DNA of 64,000 bases from Eubacteriales bacterium (GTDB lineage Bacteria; Bacillota; Clostridia; Oscillospirales; CAG-382): contig JAZOBE010000015.1 of NCBI GenBank assembly GCA_045595785.1, forward strand, positions 6,989-70,988. The letters are read 5' to 3'. A program made the position numbers and the translations under genes. How positions within the stretch are numbered: the first letter of the stretch is position 1; each line of letters opens with the position of its first letter. Below the pieces are notes generated by a model, which did not search any database, was not told where the DNA came from, and was given only the letters and a program-made list of their open reading frames with translations. Shown here piece by piece: positions 18,461-28,659 of the stretch.

Positions 18461-18490
18461 ATTATCATTTAACCCCTTATTATATTTTGT

Positions 18491-19642
18491 TTAGAGAAGT
18501 ATTACCTTGCGGATACCTGCAATTGCAGATATCTTTTCGCATATAGATTCATCAACGTCGTCGTCAGTCTCAAACATAGCAACACCGTTTGCGCCCTTGG
18601 AGGAGGACATCATATGCTCGATGTTGATATGAACTGCAGAGAATACAGAAGATGCCTGTGCGATCATGTTGGGGATATTTTCGTGAAGAACGACTATTCT
18701 GTGCTTTGCGCCTCTAGGCATAGAAATAGCAGGATAGTTAACGCTGTTCTTGATATTACCGTTAAGCAGGTAATCAACAAGCTGGTTTGCCGCCATAACA
18801 GCGCAGTTCTCCTCACTCTCGGGAGTGGATGCACCCAGATGGGGGATACAGATAACGTTTTCCTTGCCGATAAGCTTTTCATCGGGGAAATCGGTAACGT
18901 AGCAGGATACCTTGCCGCTTTCAATAGCCGCAAGAATATCATCGGTAACAACAATATCGCCTCTGGAAAGGTTGATAATACGCACGCCATCCTTCATTTT
19001 GGATATAGCTTCTGCGTTAATCATACCCTTTGTGTCCTTAACGGAGGGAACGTGTACGGTAATATAATCACACTGGGGATAAAGCTCATCGTAATTTTCA
19101 GCCTTCTTTACCTTGCGGGAAAGAGACCAAGCCGCAGAAACCGTCATAAACGGGTCACAGCCCACAACCTTCATACCCAGAGACTCTGCTGCGTTTGCAA
19201 CGGGTCCTCCGATGGCGCCAAGACCGATAACACCGAGAGTCTTGCCCATAATTTCAGGGCCGGTAAAGGCAGACTTGCCCTTCTCAACCTGCTTAGGCAC
19301 GTCATCACCGGTAAGAGTGGATGCCCACTTGATACCGTCGGTAATCTTTCTGGAGGACAGAAGCAAGGCGGTAATAGCCAATTCCTTAACGCCGTTTGCG
19401 TTTGCACCGGGGGTGTTGAATACAACGATACCCTGCTCAGCACAACGGTCAAGAGGAATGTTGTTTACGCCTGCGCCTGCGCGTGCGATAGCCTTAAGGC
19501 TTGCGGGAAACTCCGCTTCCAGAAGGGATGCGCTGCGGACCATATATGCGTCGGGATTCTGGACATCCTCGCCGTAAGCAAATCTGTCGTCAAATACGTT
19601 AAGACCTGCTTTGTCAATTTTATTTATAAGCTTAATATTCAT
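18491..19642 (-). CDS. serA: D-3-phosphoglycerate dehydrogenase with C-terminal ACT domain
   Basis: ARAGAGVNNIP, NTPGANAN, GLGAIG, PHLGASTPESE, HENIPNM. Confidence 0.93.
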   Translation of the reverse strand: MNIKLINKIDKAGLNVFDDRFAYGEDVQNPDAYMVRSASLLEAEFPASLKAIARAGAGVNNIPLDRCAEQGIVVFNTPGANANGVKELAITALLLSSRKITDGIKWASTLTGDDVPKQVEKGKSAFTGPEIMGKTLGVIGLGAIGGPVANAAESLGMKVVGCDPFMTVSAAWSLSRKVKKAENYDELYPQCDYITVHVPSVKDTKGMINAEAISKMKDGVRIINLSRGDIVVTDDILAAIESGKVSCYVTDFPDEKLIGKENVICIPHLGASTPESEENCAVMAANQLVDYLLNGNIKNSVNYPAISMPRGAKHRIVVLHENIPNMIAQASSVFSAVHINIEHMMSSSKGANGVAMFETDDDVDESICEKISAIAGIRKVILL

Positions 19643-20715
19643 TTTTTGCTCCTCTCGAATTCCGCCATAAACTCGGTAAGTGCTTTTACACCTTCTGCAG
19701 GCATTGCGTTGTAGATGGATGCACGCATACCGCCAACGGAACGGTGACCCTTAAGATTTTCAAATCCCGCTTTCTTTGCGGCGGAAACGAACTCCTTGTC
19801 CAGCTCTGCATCGCCGGTAACAAAGCAAGCGTTCATAATAGAACGGAATTCAACGTCTGCGGTTGCCTTGAACATTTCGGAAGAATCAAGATAATCGTAC
19901 AGAACCTTTGCCTTTGCAAGGTTGCGTCTTTCAATTTCTTTAAGTCCGCCCATATCAAGCAGCCACTTAAATACCAGACCTGCAACGTAAATGGAATAGC
20001 AGGGAGGTGTGTTATACATAGAATCGTTGTCTGCCTGAATCTTGTAATCCAGCATAACGGGCGTGCCTTCACGTGCATTACCTATAAGGTCGTCTCTTAC
20101 TATAACAACGGTAAGACCGGAGGGACCCATATTCTTTTGCGCACCTGCATAAAGCAGACCGAACTTGCTTACGTCGATAGGACGGGAAAGTATGCAGGAG
20201 GATACGTCCGCAACCAGAGGGATATCACCGGTTTCGGGAATATAGTTGTAGGTAGTACCGTAAATAGTATTGTTCATACAGATATGAACGTAGTCAGCAT
20301 CGGGAGAGAATTTATCCACATAAGGAACGTATGCGAAATTTCTGTCCTTGGAGGAAGCGATAACGTTTACCTCACCGTATTTTGCGGCTTCGTCTGCCGC
20401 CTTTTTGGAAAACTGACCGGATACGATATAATCAGCCTTCTTGTTCTTGTTCATAAGATTAAGAGGCACTGCGGAAAACTGTGTGGTAGCACCGCCCTGC
20501 AGGAACAGAACGCGGTAATTATCGGGGATTTCCATAAGTTTGCGGAGATCTGCCTCCGCGGTTTTAATTATATTATCGTAAACCGGTGAGCGGTGACTCA
20601 TCTCCATTACAGAACACCCGCTGCCCTCGTAATCCAGCATCTGGCTTGCGGCTTTTTCAAGTACTTCCACGGGAAGCATGGAAGGTCCTGCGGAGAAATT
20701 ATAAATTCTTTTCAT
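19639..20715 (-). CDS. serC: Phosphoserine aminotransferase
   Basis: YNFSAGPSMLP, EMSHRS, LQGGAT, YAGAQKNMGP, YNTPP, GHRSVGGMRASIYNA. Confidence 0.96.
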   Translation of the reverse strand: MKRIYNFSAGPSMLPVEVLEKAASQMLDYEGSGCSVMEMSHRSPVYDNIIKTAEADLRKLMEIPDNYRVLFLQGGATTQFSAVPLNLMNKNKKADYIVSGQFSKKAADEAAKYGEVNVIASSKDRNFAYVPYVDKFSPDADYVHICMNNTIYGTTYNYIPETGDIPLVADVSSCILSRPIDVSKFGLLYAGAQKNMGPSGLTVVIVRDDLIGNAREGTPVMLDYKIQADNDSMYNTPPCYSIYVAGLVFKWLLDMGGLKEIERRNLAKAKVLYDYLDSSEMFKATADVEFRSIMNACFVTGDAELDKEFVSAAKKAGFENLKGHRSVGGMRASIYNAMPAEGVKALTEFMAEFERSKK

Positions 20716-20771
20716 AGCGTTTTTCACCCTTTTTCGGTTTATAATTTTTCAGTTATACTGAATAATAATTT

Positions 20772-20800
20772 ATTATATTACATTTTCATCGTTAAGTCAA
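20772..20800 (-). promoter_or_regulatory. sigmaA promoter of serC-serA
   Basis: TTGACT-17 nt-TATAAT on the minus strand. Confidence 0.65.
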
Positions 20801-20849
20801 GGCTTAAATATCTTTTACCTTAAAATAAATAGCATTTTGTATTCAAGCG

Positions 20850-20878
20850 TTGACATATAGGTGTATGTGTGGTACTCT
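20850..20878 (+). promoter_or_regulatory. sigmaA promoter of the lipoprotein gene
   Basis: TTGACA-17 nt-TACTCT with extended TG. Confidence 0.55.
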
Positions 20879-20902
20879 GTTGTTGAAAAGGAGGAAGTTT
20901 GT

Positions 20903-21595
20903 ATGAAAAAGCTTATAGTATTAATGTTATTGTTTTTACTTTGCGTTTTCACCTTTGGATGTACTCCCGATGACTCGGAAAGTAAGAGCGAAATCAGTTC
21001 CGTTGATACTGTTTCTGATACAATGGAAGATGCGGTTCATGGAGAAGCGGATTATCAAACCGTTAGTTTTTCTTCCTTTGAGGAACTGGCGCAATTTGCG
21101 GCTTTGGCAAATATCGAGGACGGTAATTTGTACGTTGAATTAGGAGATAAGCCTGCCCAAGTAACTAAAACAGAAGCCAAAGAGCTGATTTCCGCGTTAA
21201 ATGAAATGCCTATAGCGGTGCTTAACACCGATGAATATGAATTGGCAGTTATTTCTTGCAGAATATACCCTTCCCGCGATGACTATTCAATAGAACTTGT
21301 CTATAACGGCGTGGCAGACAGATTGAGAATAGGCACCGTAATGTTTGACGGCACTTTAACGGCAGATACAAATGTAACTGCCGTGGTGGCTGATAACCTG
21401 TATTTGGGCGAATATTCCATGGAAATGAACACCATGGTAAAGGAAAACAATTACTGCGATATTAAGGGGAGAACAGTAATAGGCGACCATTTAGTATATG
21501 CCGCATATAAAGGCGGTACAGCTTTGCCGGAACAGATAAAACAGAGCGTAACCGTCACATCTCTCGGTGAGCTTATAAAACCGTATATTAAATAA
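20903..21595 (+). CDS. Hypothetical lipoprotein
   Basis: AAGGAGG RBS, MKK plus hydrophobic stretch plus lipobox TFGC, Ser/Glu/Asp-rich linker. Confidence 0.8.
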   Translation: MKKLIVLMLLFLLCVFTFGCTPDDSESKSEISSVDTVSDTMEDAVHGEADYQTVSFSSFEELAQFAALANIEDGNLYVELGDKPAQVTKTEAKELISALNEMPIAVLNTDEYELAVISCRIYPSRDDYSIELVYNGVADRLRIGTVMFDGTLTADTNVTAVVADNLYLGEYSMEMNTMVKENNYCDIKGRTVIGDHLVYAAYKGGTALPEQIKQSVTVTSLGELIKPYIK

Positions 21596-21613
21596 TCATT
21601 CCCAATAAAAATC

Positions 21614-21644
21614 AGAGGCAAGGAAATTCTCCTTGCCTCTTTTT
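21614..21644. terminator. Terminator between convergent genes
   Basis: AGAGGCAAGG-7 nt-CCTTGCCTCT followed by Ts. Confidence 0.75.
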
Positions 21645-21667
21645 GTGTATTCTTTGCGGGGGTGTTT

Positions 21668-22675
21668 TTATTTTTCCCATATTTTAAGTGATTTTATCTT
21701 GGAAACCACTGTGTCTGCCAGCTTGTCGTTTATCTTCATGCCGGGGTGACCCGCAGCCGCGTAATCCTTTTTGGGATTAGCAACGGAAATGGGTATAAAG
21801 TGGAGTTTTTCGTCGTTTTCGCCCATACGCTTGAACAGCTTTTTAAGCAGTCCCATATAGGGATCTCCCATAAGACCGTAGCACCATATAATATGGGCGT
21901 GGGTGTATTTGGAGCGAATATCGTTAATGAGTGCTGTTGCACCTTCTTCAAACTCTTCTGCGCTCACACCGCCCCAACCGTCGTTGGTGCCGCCGTTTAT
22001 AAGAACTACCTGAGGAGTCCACTTGGTGTGATCCCAAACCTCACCGTTACGGGAGGTCATATTAAACATCTGGTCAAAGGTAAGGTCAAGGTTACCTTCA
22101 CAGTTGCGCACGATTCCCTTGCCGGAAGCGCACTGGCTGTGTAGGTCTGCCCCCAGACTTTCAGCAACGAGGAATGCCCACGCTGCGGTAGAATCTTCAT
22201 CACAGGTGCGGAACACAGTAGTGTCCTGATCACCGCGGACACCGTAACCGCAGGTAATGGAATCGCCCAGAACCTCTATACGGCGCACACTTTCAAGCGG
22301 AGGGGGAAGTATTTCGCCGTAAAGCTCAATACCCTTAACGTAAAGCTTTTCTGCGCCCTCGGTTATACGGAGTACGCGAACAACGTGCTCATCGTTTTTG
22401 AGGTCATCGATAATAACGTGCTCTTTTCCGTCACTTACACAGTATCTTGCGGTAGTTCCGCTCCAACCGAAAACCTTTTTCTCTCTGTCAACGTCAACTC
22501 TTATGTATGCGGGCTGGTCTGCCTTGTATTCATCAAAAACAAGGTGGAAGCCGGTTCCCTTAAACTTAAAGGAAAAACCGCTGTTGGACCAATCCAGAAG
22601 CAGTGCATCTGCAGAAAGAATGTGTCTGCCGTGGTAAAGGAAATTATCGCGCTCGGTAAGATAAACTGTTTTCAT
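21668..22675 (-). CDS. SGNH hydrolase, carbohydrate esterase family 2-like (no signal peptide)
   Basis: N-terminal beta domain (GR...DWSNSG), GDSITCGYG, SGKG, GGTND, GHP. Confidence 0.8.
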   Translation of the reverse strand: MKTVYLTERDNFLYHGRHILSADALLLDWSNSGFSFKFKGTGFHLVFDEYKADQPAYIRVDVDREKKVFGWSGTTARYCVSDGKEHVIIDDLKNDEHVVRVLRITEGAEKLYVKGIELYGEILPPPLESVRRIEVLGDSITCGYGVRGDQDTTVFRTCDEDSTAAWAFLVAESLGADLHSQCASGKGIVRNCEGNLDLTFDQMFNMTSRNGEVWDHTKWTPQVVLINGGTNDGWGGVSAEEFEEGATALINDIRSKYTHAHIIWCYGLMGDPYMGLLKKLFKRMGENDEKLHFIPISVANPKKDYAAAGHPGMKINDKLADTVVSKIKSLKIWEK

Positions 22676-22698
22676 TTTTCATACTTCCCTTATGTTTT

Positions 22699-25164
22699 TT
22701 ATTTTTTTCGTTTTATTATTTTAACTGTTTCACATACGGGTATAGGCGCAAAGGACAGAAGTGCAACGGTTATCCATTGCCGCAGGTTCAGAGGTACTGC
22801 ACCGAACAGTGACATGGCAGGCGGAAACACCATTATGGCGGCTTGCAGACCCATACAAAGCAATACGCTTAAAACAAGAGCGGTATTTGCAGGAATCTTT
22901 GCCAAAAAGAATGGTTTTTCCGTGCGCATATTAAAGGCGTGGAAAAGCTGTGAAAAGGATAACACACCAAAGCACATTGTGCTTGCAACGGCATCGTTAC
23001 CGCTTTTGAGTCCCAAAAGATATGCACACAGCGACATACAGCCGATAAGTATTCCCTCTGCAAATATTTTTGTTCCCAATCCCTCCGCAAAAAGGCTCTT
23101 GTTTTTAGGAGCAGGCTTTCTGTCCATCACGCTGTCATGGGTCTTTTCCATACCCAGCGATACCGCAGGCAAGGAATCTGTAACCAAATTCACCCACAAA
23201 AGCTGTATTGCCGACAAGGGAGAGGGCAAAGACATAAGTATGGCGGCAAGAACAGTAAGTATCTCACCTATATTGCAGGACAGCAAAAACCGCACCGCCC
23301 TGCGGATATTGTCGTAAATACCGCGCCCGTATCGTACTGCTTCTATAATAGTCGAAAAATTGTCATCTGTCAAGATGATATCTGCGGCTTCTTTGGCAAC
23401 GTCGGTGCCGTTAATTCCCATAGCGCATCCGATATCCGCTTTTTTAAGGGCAGGTGCATCGTTAACACCGTCTCCCGTCATAGCAACAACTTGGTTTCCG
23501 TAACGGTATGCTTCAACTATCCGTACCTTGAATTCCGGTGTCGTCCGCGCGAAGACCGAGCATCCCTTTACCGCTTTTGCCAGGGTAGGGGTATCCATAT
23601 TTTCAATTTCGCTTTGAGTAAGCACCTTGTCGCCTTCACGGAGAATACCGATATTCCGCGCTACCGCTGCCGCAGTATCCGCGTGGTCTCCCGTTATCAT
23701 TACCGGCTTAATTCCGGCTTTTCTGCACAGACGCACCGCTTCCTTTACTTCAGGTCTGGGCGGGTCTTCGATACCGCATATTCCGCAGGGAATAAATACA
23801 CATTTTTCTATATCGGCAGGAGCTTTTTCCGTGTGACAGTACCCAAAAGCTATGACCCTTTTTCCTGAAGCCGCGCATTGCCTTGCCTTTGAATACAATT
23901 CACCGTCCTGCTTTAATATCTTTTCGGGCGCTCCCTTTTTCACCGCAATATATCCGCTTTTCCCTTTATGGAGGGTTATCATATACTTTTTGTCCGAATC
24001 AAAGGGAATTTCCTTTATTCGGGAATATTGAATAACGTCCGGCTTTTCCTTCTCCGCCCACGAGAAAATTGCCGTTTCGGTAGGGGAATCGCAGTTGTTA
24101 CAGAGCATAGCGCAAAGAAGCGACATGCTTTTATCACCGTAAAAATCGGTGACCGTCATTTTATTTCGTGTAAGCGTTCCCGTTTTATCCGAGCATATTA
24201 CCGCCGCCGTGCCCAAGGTCTCCACCGCAGGCAGCTTTTTTACAACCGCCTTTTTCTCTGCCATGGTTTTAACACCTATGGAAAGAATTATAGTCACTAT
24301 GGCAGGCAGTCCCTCGGGTATCGCCGCCACCGCCAATGATACCGACGTTAAGAACATCTCGCCCATATCCATTCTCCGTATAAGCGATATCACGAATATA
24401 ATTCCGCATATCAAAAGTGCGATATTCCCAAGAGTTCCTCCGGTTTTTGCAAGACGTACCTGAAGAGGAGTTTTTTCGTTTTTGTTTTTGTCCAGCAGCC
24501 CTGCAATATGTCCCATATAGCTGTCCATTCCCGTGGCGGTAACAACAGCCTTTCCGCTTCCTCCGCATATTACCGTGCCTGCCCGAACGATATTACTGCT
24601 TTCTCCTTTTGTGTTGGGGTACGGCGTTTTTTCCACGGGTACGCTTTCTCCCGTAAGGGCTGATTCATCTGCGGTAAGTGATACCGCTTCAAACAAATAA
24701 CCGTCAGCACCCACCAAAAAACCCTTTTTCAGTATAAGTATATCACCCTTGACCAGTTCTTCGGTGGGTATTTCCTTTTGCTTTCCGTCCCTCAGTACCG
24801 TGGCGTGGGGAGCGGACATTTTTTTAAGTGCATTGATAGCCTTTTCCGCCTTATTCTCCTGAATAACGCCTATAATACTGTTAAGCACCACTATTGCAAG
24901 TATAATAATGGTGTCAACAGCACTTTCTCCGCCAATTACGGAGGTAACAAAGCTTACCGCCGCCGCAAGAAGTAAAATAATCGTCATTCTGTCGCATATC
25001 GACAAAAAGAATTTCTTTATAAAAGTGTCCTTTTTCTTGCTTTCCAGCGTGTTTTTGCCGTCTTTTTTTAGCCTTTCCTCTGCTTGTGCCTGAGAAAGCC
25101 CTTGCTTTAAGGATGTGTCAAACGCAGTCTGTACCTGCGCCTTGGTCATTTCGTATACGTTCAA
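22699..25164 (-). CDS. P-type (P2, Ca2+-like) cation-transporting ATPase, YloB-like
   Basis: DESALTGES, AAIPEGLP, ICSDKTGTLT, KGAPE, DPPR, MITGD, MTGDGVNDAPAL, LWVNLVTD. Confidence 0.93.
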   Translation of the reverse strand: MNVYEMTKAQVQTAFDTSLKQGLSQAQAEERLKKDGKNTLESKKKDTFIKKFFLSICDRMTIILLLAAAVSFVTSVIGGESAVDTIIILAIVVLNSIIGVIQENKAEKAINALKKMSAPHATVLRDGKQKEIPTEELVKGDILILKKGFLVGADGYLFEAVSLTADESALTGESVPVEKTPYPNTKGESSNIVRAGTVICGGSGKAVVTATGMDSYMGHIAGLLDKNKNEKTPLQVRLAKTGGTLGNIALLICGIIFVISLIRRMDMGEMFLTSVSLAVAAIPEGLPAIVTIILSIGVKTMAEKKAVVKKLPAVETLGTAAVICSDKTGTLTRNKMTVTDFYGDKSMSLLCAMLCNNCDSPTETAIFSWAEKEKPDVIQYSRIKEIPFDSDKKYMITLHKGKSGYIAVKKGAPEKILKQDGELYSKARQCAASGKRVIAFGYCHTEKAPADIEKCVFIPCGICGIEDPPRPEVKEAVRLCRKAGIKPVMITGDHADTAAAVARNIGILREGDKVLTQSEIENMDTPTLAKAVKGCSVFARTTPEFKVRIVEAYRYGNQVVAMTGDGVNDAPALKKADIGCAMGINGTDVAKEAADIILTDDNFSTIIEAVRYGRGIYDNIRRAVRFLLSCNIGEILTVLAAILMSLPSPLSAIQLLWVNLVTDSLPAVSLGMEKTHDSVMDRKPAPKNKSLFAEGLGTKIFAEGILIGCMSLCAYLLGLKSGNDAVASTMCFGVLSFSQLFHAFNMRTEKPFFLAKIPANTALVLSVLLCMGLQAAIMVFPPAMSLFGAVPLNLRQWITVALLSFAPIPVCETVKIIKRKK

Positions 25165-26405
25165 AAGGGTATTTCCTTTCTTTTTATTATTACTGCGTAC
25201 AGATTAGGGAACAGCATAAGTGCATTAAAAATATCCGCCGTCTGCCATGCCGCCTCCGCACTCCAAACACAGCCTATGAATGCGGTTGCCACCGCGCAGA
25301 TACGGTATATTAAAAATGGTATCGGATGGGAACCGAATATGTATCTTATCAGCGTTTCGCTGTAAAAGCACCAGCTTATAACTGCAGCGTATGCCAGTAC
25401 GCCTACGGATACCGCCAATACGATACCGCCCAATGAGCCGAAAGAAACAAAAAACATTTCTTCCGCCGTTTCGCTTCCCGAGCAAAGGAGCGCCAGCGCT
25501 GTCAGCGTGCTTACGGCAAAAGTATCTGCAAATATTTCAATAATTCCAAAATTCGCCGCCTTTTCGGGGGTAGTGTCCGCCGCCGCGTGGGCGATGGGTG
25601 ATGATCCCATTCCCGCTTCGTGGGAGAACACACCCTTGGATACTCCCGTTTTCAGGGCTTGGGATATTACGGTTCCGCTTATTCCGGCACCAAGCTCCTT
25701 TAGCCCGAAAGCAGACGTAAAAATATCCTTTACAGCCTGCGGAAATCGGGATATATTGCATATTGTTATTCCCGTTACGGCGCAAATAAAAATTATTGCC
25801 GCAGCAGGAACGAGAAAAGCGTTTGTTTTTGCAATTACCTTTTGCCCGCCAAACACCGCAGGCAAAAGCAAAAGAGCAAATACTGCTCCCGCTACAACGG
25901 CAGAGACTCCGGCCTCTCTTGCGGAAAGTGAAAACGCACTTGCCTGCGCCAGATTTCCGCTTCCAAGAGATGATAATATTCCCATTACGGCAAAAAACAA
26001 AGCTGTTTTTTTCTTGCCTGCTTTTTTAAGCACGTCAGAAGCGCTTCCGCCGTTTTTCCCCTTTTCGCGGACGGTTATATAGTTTTCCGCGTATTTCAGC
26101 ATCATACACAAAAAGGAACTCATCCACATCCAGAACAGTGCACCTGCGCCTCCCTCGGACAAGGCGTACGCCACACCGGTTATGCTTCCCACTCCGACAG
26201 TACCGCCCAAGGCGGTCATAAGCCCTTTTATGGGGGAAATCCCATTGTTGGAGGATTCAGCTTTAACGCTGTTTACTATCTTTTTCATACAGCGTATTGG
26301 GTAAAATCTGCTTTTTACCGTAAAATATATTCCCGTACCCGTAAGCAGTCCAACGGTGGGCAGAGACCACAGCAGGTCCCGTATAACGCCAAGCAAAAAA
26401 GACAT
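25161..26405 (-). CDS. Sodium:alanine symporter (AGCS) family protein
   Basis: GTVGVGSITGVA, GGAGALFWMW, GVFSHEAGMGS, FNALMLFPN. True start may be TTG 26396 given AAGGAG spacing. Confidence 0.88.
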   Translation of the reverse strand: MSFLLGVIRDLLWSLPTVGLLTGTGIYFTVKSRFYPIRCMKKIVNSVKAESSNNGISPIKGLMTALGGTVGVGSITGVAYALSEGGAGALFWMWMSSFLCMMLKYAENYITVREKGKNGGSASDVLKKAGKKKTALFFAVMGILSSLGSGNLAQASAFSLSAREAGVSAVVAGAVFALLLLPAVFGGQKVIAKTNAFLVPAAAIIFICAVTGITICNISRFPQAVKDIFTSAFGLKELGAGISGTVISQALKTGVSKGVFSHEAGMGSSPIAHAAADTTPEKAANFGIIEIFADTFAVSTLTALALLCSGSETAEEMFFVSFGSLGGIVLAVSVGVLAYAAVISWCFYSETLIRYIFGSHPIPFLIYRICAVATAFIGCVWSAEAAWQTADIFNALMLFPNLYAVIIKRKEIPF

Positions 26406-26489
26406 CTCCTTTTTTAAAAAAAGTCATTGCATATAGTTGAAAAGGGTGTTAAAATATATCATGTATGTGTTTAACGGAGGTATTGTATA

Positions 26490-27254
26490 GTGAATACGGC
26501 AATTATCACAGGCGCATCTTCAGGCCTTGGCAAGGAATACGTGCTTGCCGCTGCAAAGAAATATACGGATATTAAGGAATTCTGGCTTATTGCCAGACGA
26601 ACAGAACTGCTGGAGGAGATCAAATCGGTTCTTCCTGCAGACCTTAGCGTAAAAATAATTCCCATGGATCTTAACGACAGAGCTACTACTCGGGAATTCA
26701 AGACCTTGCTTGAGCAGGAAAAGCCCGATATAAAGCTGCTTATAAATAACGCCGGCTTTGGTAAGCTGGGCAACGTATGGGAGATAGATGCAGACGTTCA
26801 GCGTGATATGGTGGACCTTAACTGCGGCGCACTCACCGCACTTACTGCTGTTGCTATTCCTTATATGTCTGCCGGAAGCGGTATTCTTAACGTATGCTCT
26901 ATAGCATCCTTTGTGCCCAACCCCAGAATGACGGTATATTCATCTACAAAAGCCTACGTTATGTCTTTTTCCCGCGCTTTGCGTGAGGAATTGAAGAGTA
27001 AGAAAATAAACGTGCTTGCTGTGTGTCCCGGCCCTATGAGTACAGAATTTTTATCCCGTGCTCATATCAGCAAGGGTGCATCCAAGACCTTTGATACACT
27101 TCCGTACTGCAACCCCAAGACGGTTGCCGAAAAGAGTCTCTCCGCTCTTCGTAAGGGTAAAGCCGTATACACCAACCGTTTCTTATATAAGCTTTATAGA
27201 GTTATCGGCAAGCTTACGCCCAAGTGTATTATGATGAAATTCGCAAAGTGCTGA
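26490..27254 (+). CDS. Short-chain dehydrogenase/reductase
   Basis: TGASSGLG, NNAGFG, YSSTK catalytic motif, CPGP. Confidence 0.93.
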   Translation: MNTAIITGASSGLGKEYVLAAAKKYTDIKEFWLIARRTELLEEIKSVLPADLSVKIIPMDLNDRATTREFKTLLEQEKPDIKLLINNAGFGKLGNVWEIDADVQRDMVDLNCGALTALTAVAIPYMSAGSGILNVCSIASFVPNPRMTVYSSTKAYVMSFSRALREELKSKKINVLAVCPGPMSTEFLSRAHISKGASKTFDTLPYCNPKTVAEKSLSALRKGKAVYTNRFLYKLYRVIGKLTPKCIMMKFAKC

Positions 27255-27270
27255 AAGGAAGTATATTTTT

Positions 27271-28659
27271 ATGTTGAATATAGCAGATAAAGTAAAAGCG
27301 TTTATGGAAAGAGAGGATATCAAAGTTCAGTTTGAGAAGGACTTGGCGGATATAATCTCCATTCCCTCCGTTTCGGAAAAGGGTGAGGGAAAATACGTTT
27401 TCGGTGAAAACTGCGCAAAGGTTCTTGATACCACTCTCGCTATCGGTGAGAGATACGGCTTTACTCCCGAAAACCACGATTATTACTGCGGCTCACTTAT
27501 TTACGGTGAGGGTGACAGAGAAGTGGGTATCGTTTCCCATTTGGACGTTGTTCCCTGCGGCGGCGGTTGGAGCGTTGAGCCTTATGCGCTTACCATTAAG
27601 GACAATTTGTATATGGGCAGAGGCACCGAGGATGACAAGGGTCCTATGCTTGTTTCTATGTATGCACTCCGCTTTATTATGGAAAGCGGAATCAAGCTTC
27701 CTTTTGCGGTTCGTATGATTCTTGGATGCGACGAGGAGGTTGGCAGTACCGACCTTCGCCACTTCGTTTCCGTTCGCAAAGCACCTGATTTTTCCTTTAC
27801 TCCCGATAGCGGATTCCCCGTTTGTATAGGCGAAAAGGGTATTTTCTCTTTTGACCTTCTTTTAGGCGAAAAGCCCGAGAGTATTCTTGAAATAAAGGGC
27901 GGTACCGCCAGCAACTCCGTAGCGGATTCCGCATACTGTGTTGTTAAAACTGATATAAATCTCGATTCAGCAGATGGAATTACCGTTTCACGTGAGGGAG
28001 ATAACCTGCGTATTACCGCTACCGGCAAGGGTGCGCACGCCTCTCTTCCCGAAAACAGCGTAAGTGCTGTAAAGCTTCTCTGCGATTATCTTGTCAGCAC
28101 CGGCATTTGTGCTGACGATAGCTTTAAGTTCCTTGCTTCCGCTTGCTCCGAGTACAAGGGTGCATCATTCGGAATAGATAAAGAGGATAAGGATTTCGGT
28201 TATCTTACCTGCATCTGCGGTCTGTTGGGTGAAAAGGACGGTAAGATTTGCGCAAACTTTAACGTGCGCTATATTCCTTCCGTTCCTTACGATGAAATAA
28301 TGAGCACTATCAACCTTACTGTTGGCAAATACGGTTATTCCGCATACAGCGGCGGCTGTTCCGAGGGATATATCATGTCCTCTGACGACCCTCGTATTCA
28401 GGCGCTTACCGAGTCCTGCCGTGATATCATTCCCGATGAATGTACTCCATACACCATGGGCGGCGGTACTTACGCAAGATACCTCAAAAACACCGTTGCA
28501 TTCGGTGCTACCATTTCCGCACACCGCGGTCAGTTGGGTGAAGGCAAGGGCGGCGCTCACGAAAGAGACGAGTATCTCTCCCGTGAGGAGGTCATAAAAG
28601 CGGCACAGATATTCGTTCTGTCTCTGCTTCGTCTTGCTAAGGTTTATTCGGCGGAGTAA
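27271..28659 (+). CDS. M20 family dipeptidase (PepV/Sapep-like)
   Basis: HLDVVP, GRGTEDDKGP, DEE, PD..FP...EKG, GKGAHAS, GGGTYAR, AH..DE. Confidence 0.9.
   Translation: MLNIADKVKAFMEREDIKVQFEKDLADIISIPSVSEKGEGKYVFGENCAKVLDTTLAIGERYGFTPENHDYYCGSLIYGEGDREVGIVSHLDVVPCGGGWSVEPYALTIKDNLYMGRGTEDDKGPMLVSMYALRFIMESGIKLPFAVRMILGCDEEVGSTDLRHFVSVRKAPDFSFTPDSGFPVCIGEKGIFSFDLLLGEKPESILEIKGGTASNSVADSAYCVVKTDINLDSADGITVSREGDNLRITATGKGAHASLPENSVSAVKLLCDYLVSTGICADDSFKFLASACSEYKGASFGIDKEDKDFGYLTCICGLLGEKDGKICANFNVRYIPSVPYDEIMSTINLTVGKYGYSAYSGGCSEGYIMSSDDPRIQALTESCRDIIPDECTPYTMGGGTYARYLKNTVAFGATISAHRGQLGEGKGGAHERDEYLSREEVIKAAQIFVLSLLRLAKVYSAE

Noticed and set aside
20312-20320. DnaA-box match TTATCCACA, and possible oriC proximity suggested by mnmEG
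   Set aside because: Single copy inside serC; no box cluster, dnaA or rpmH seen in the window.
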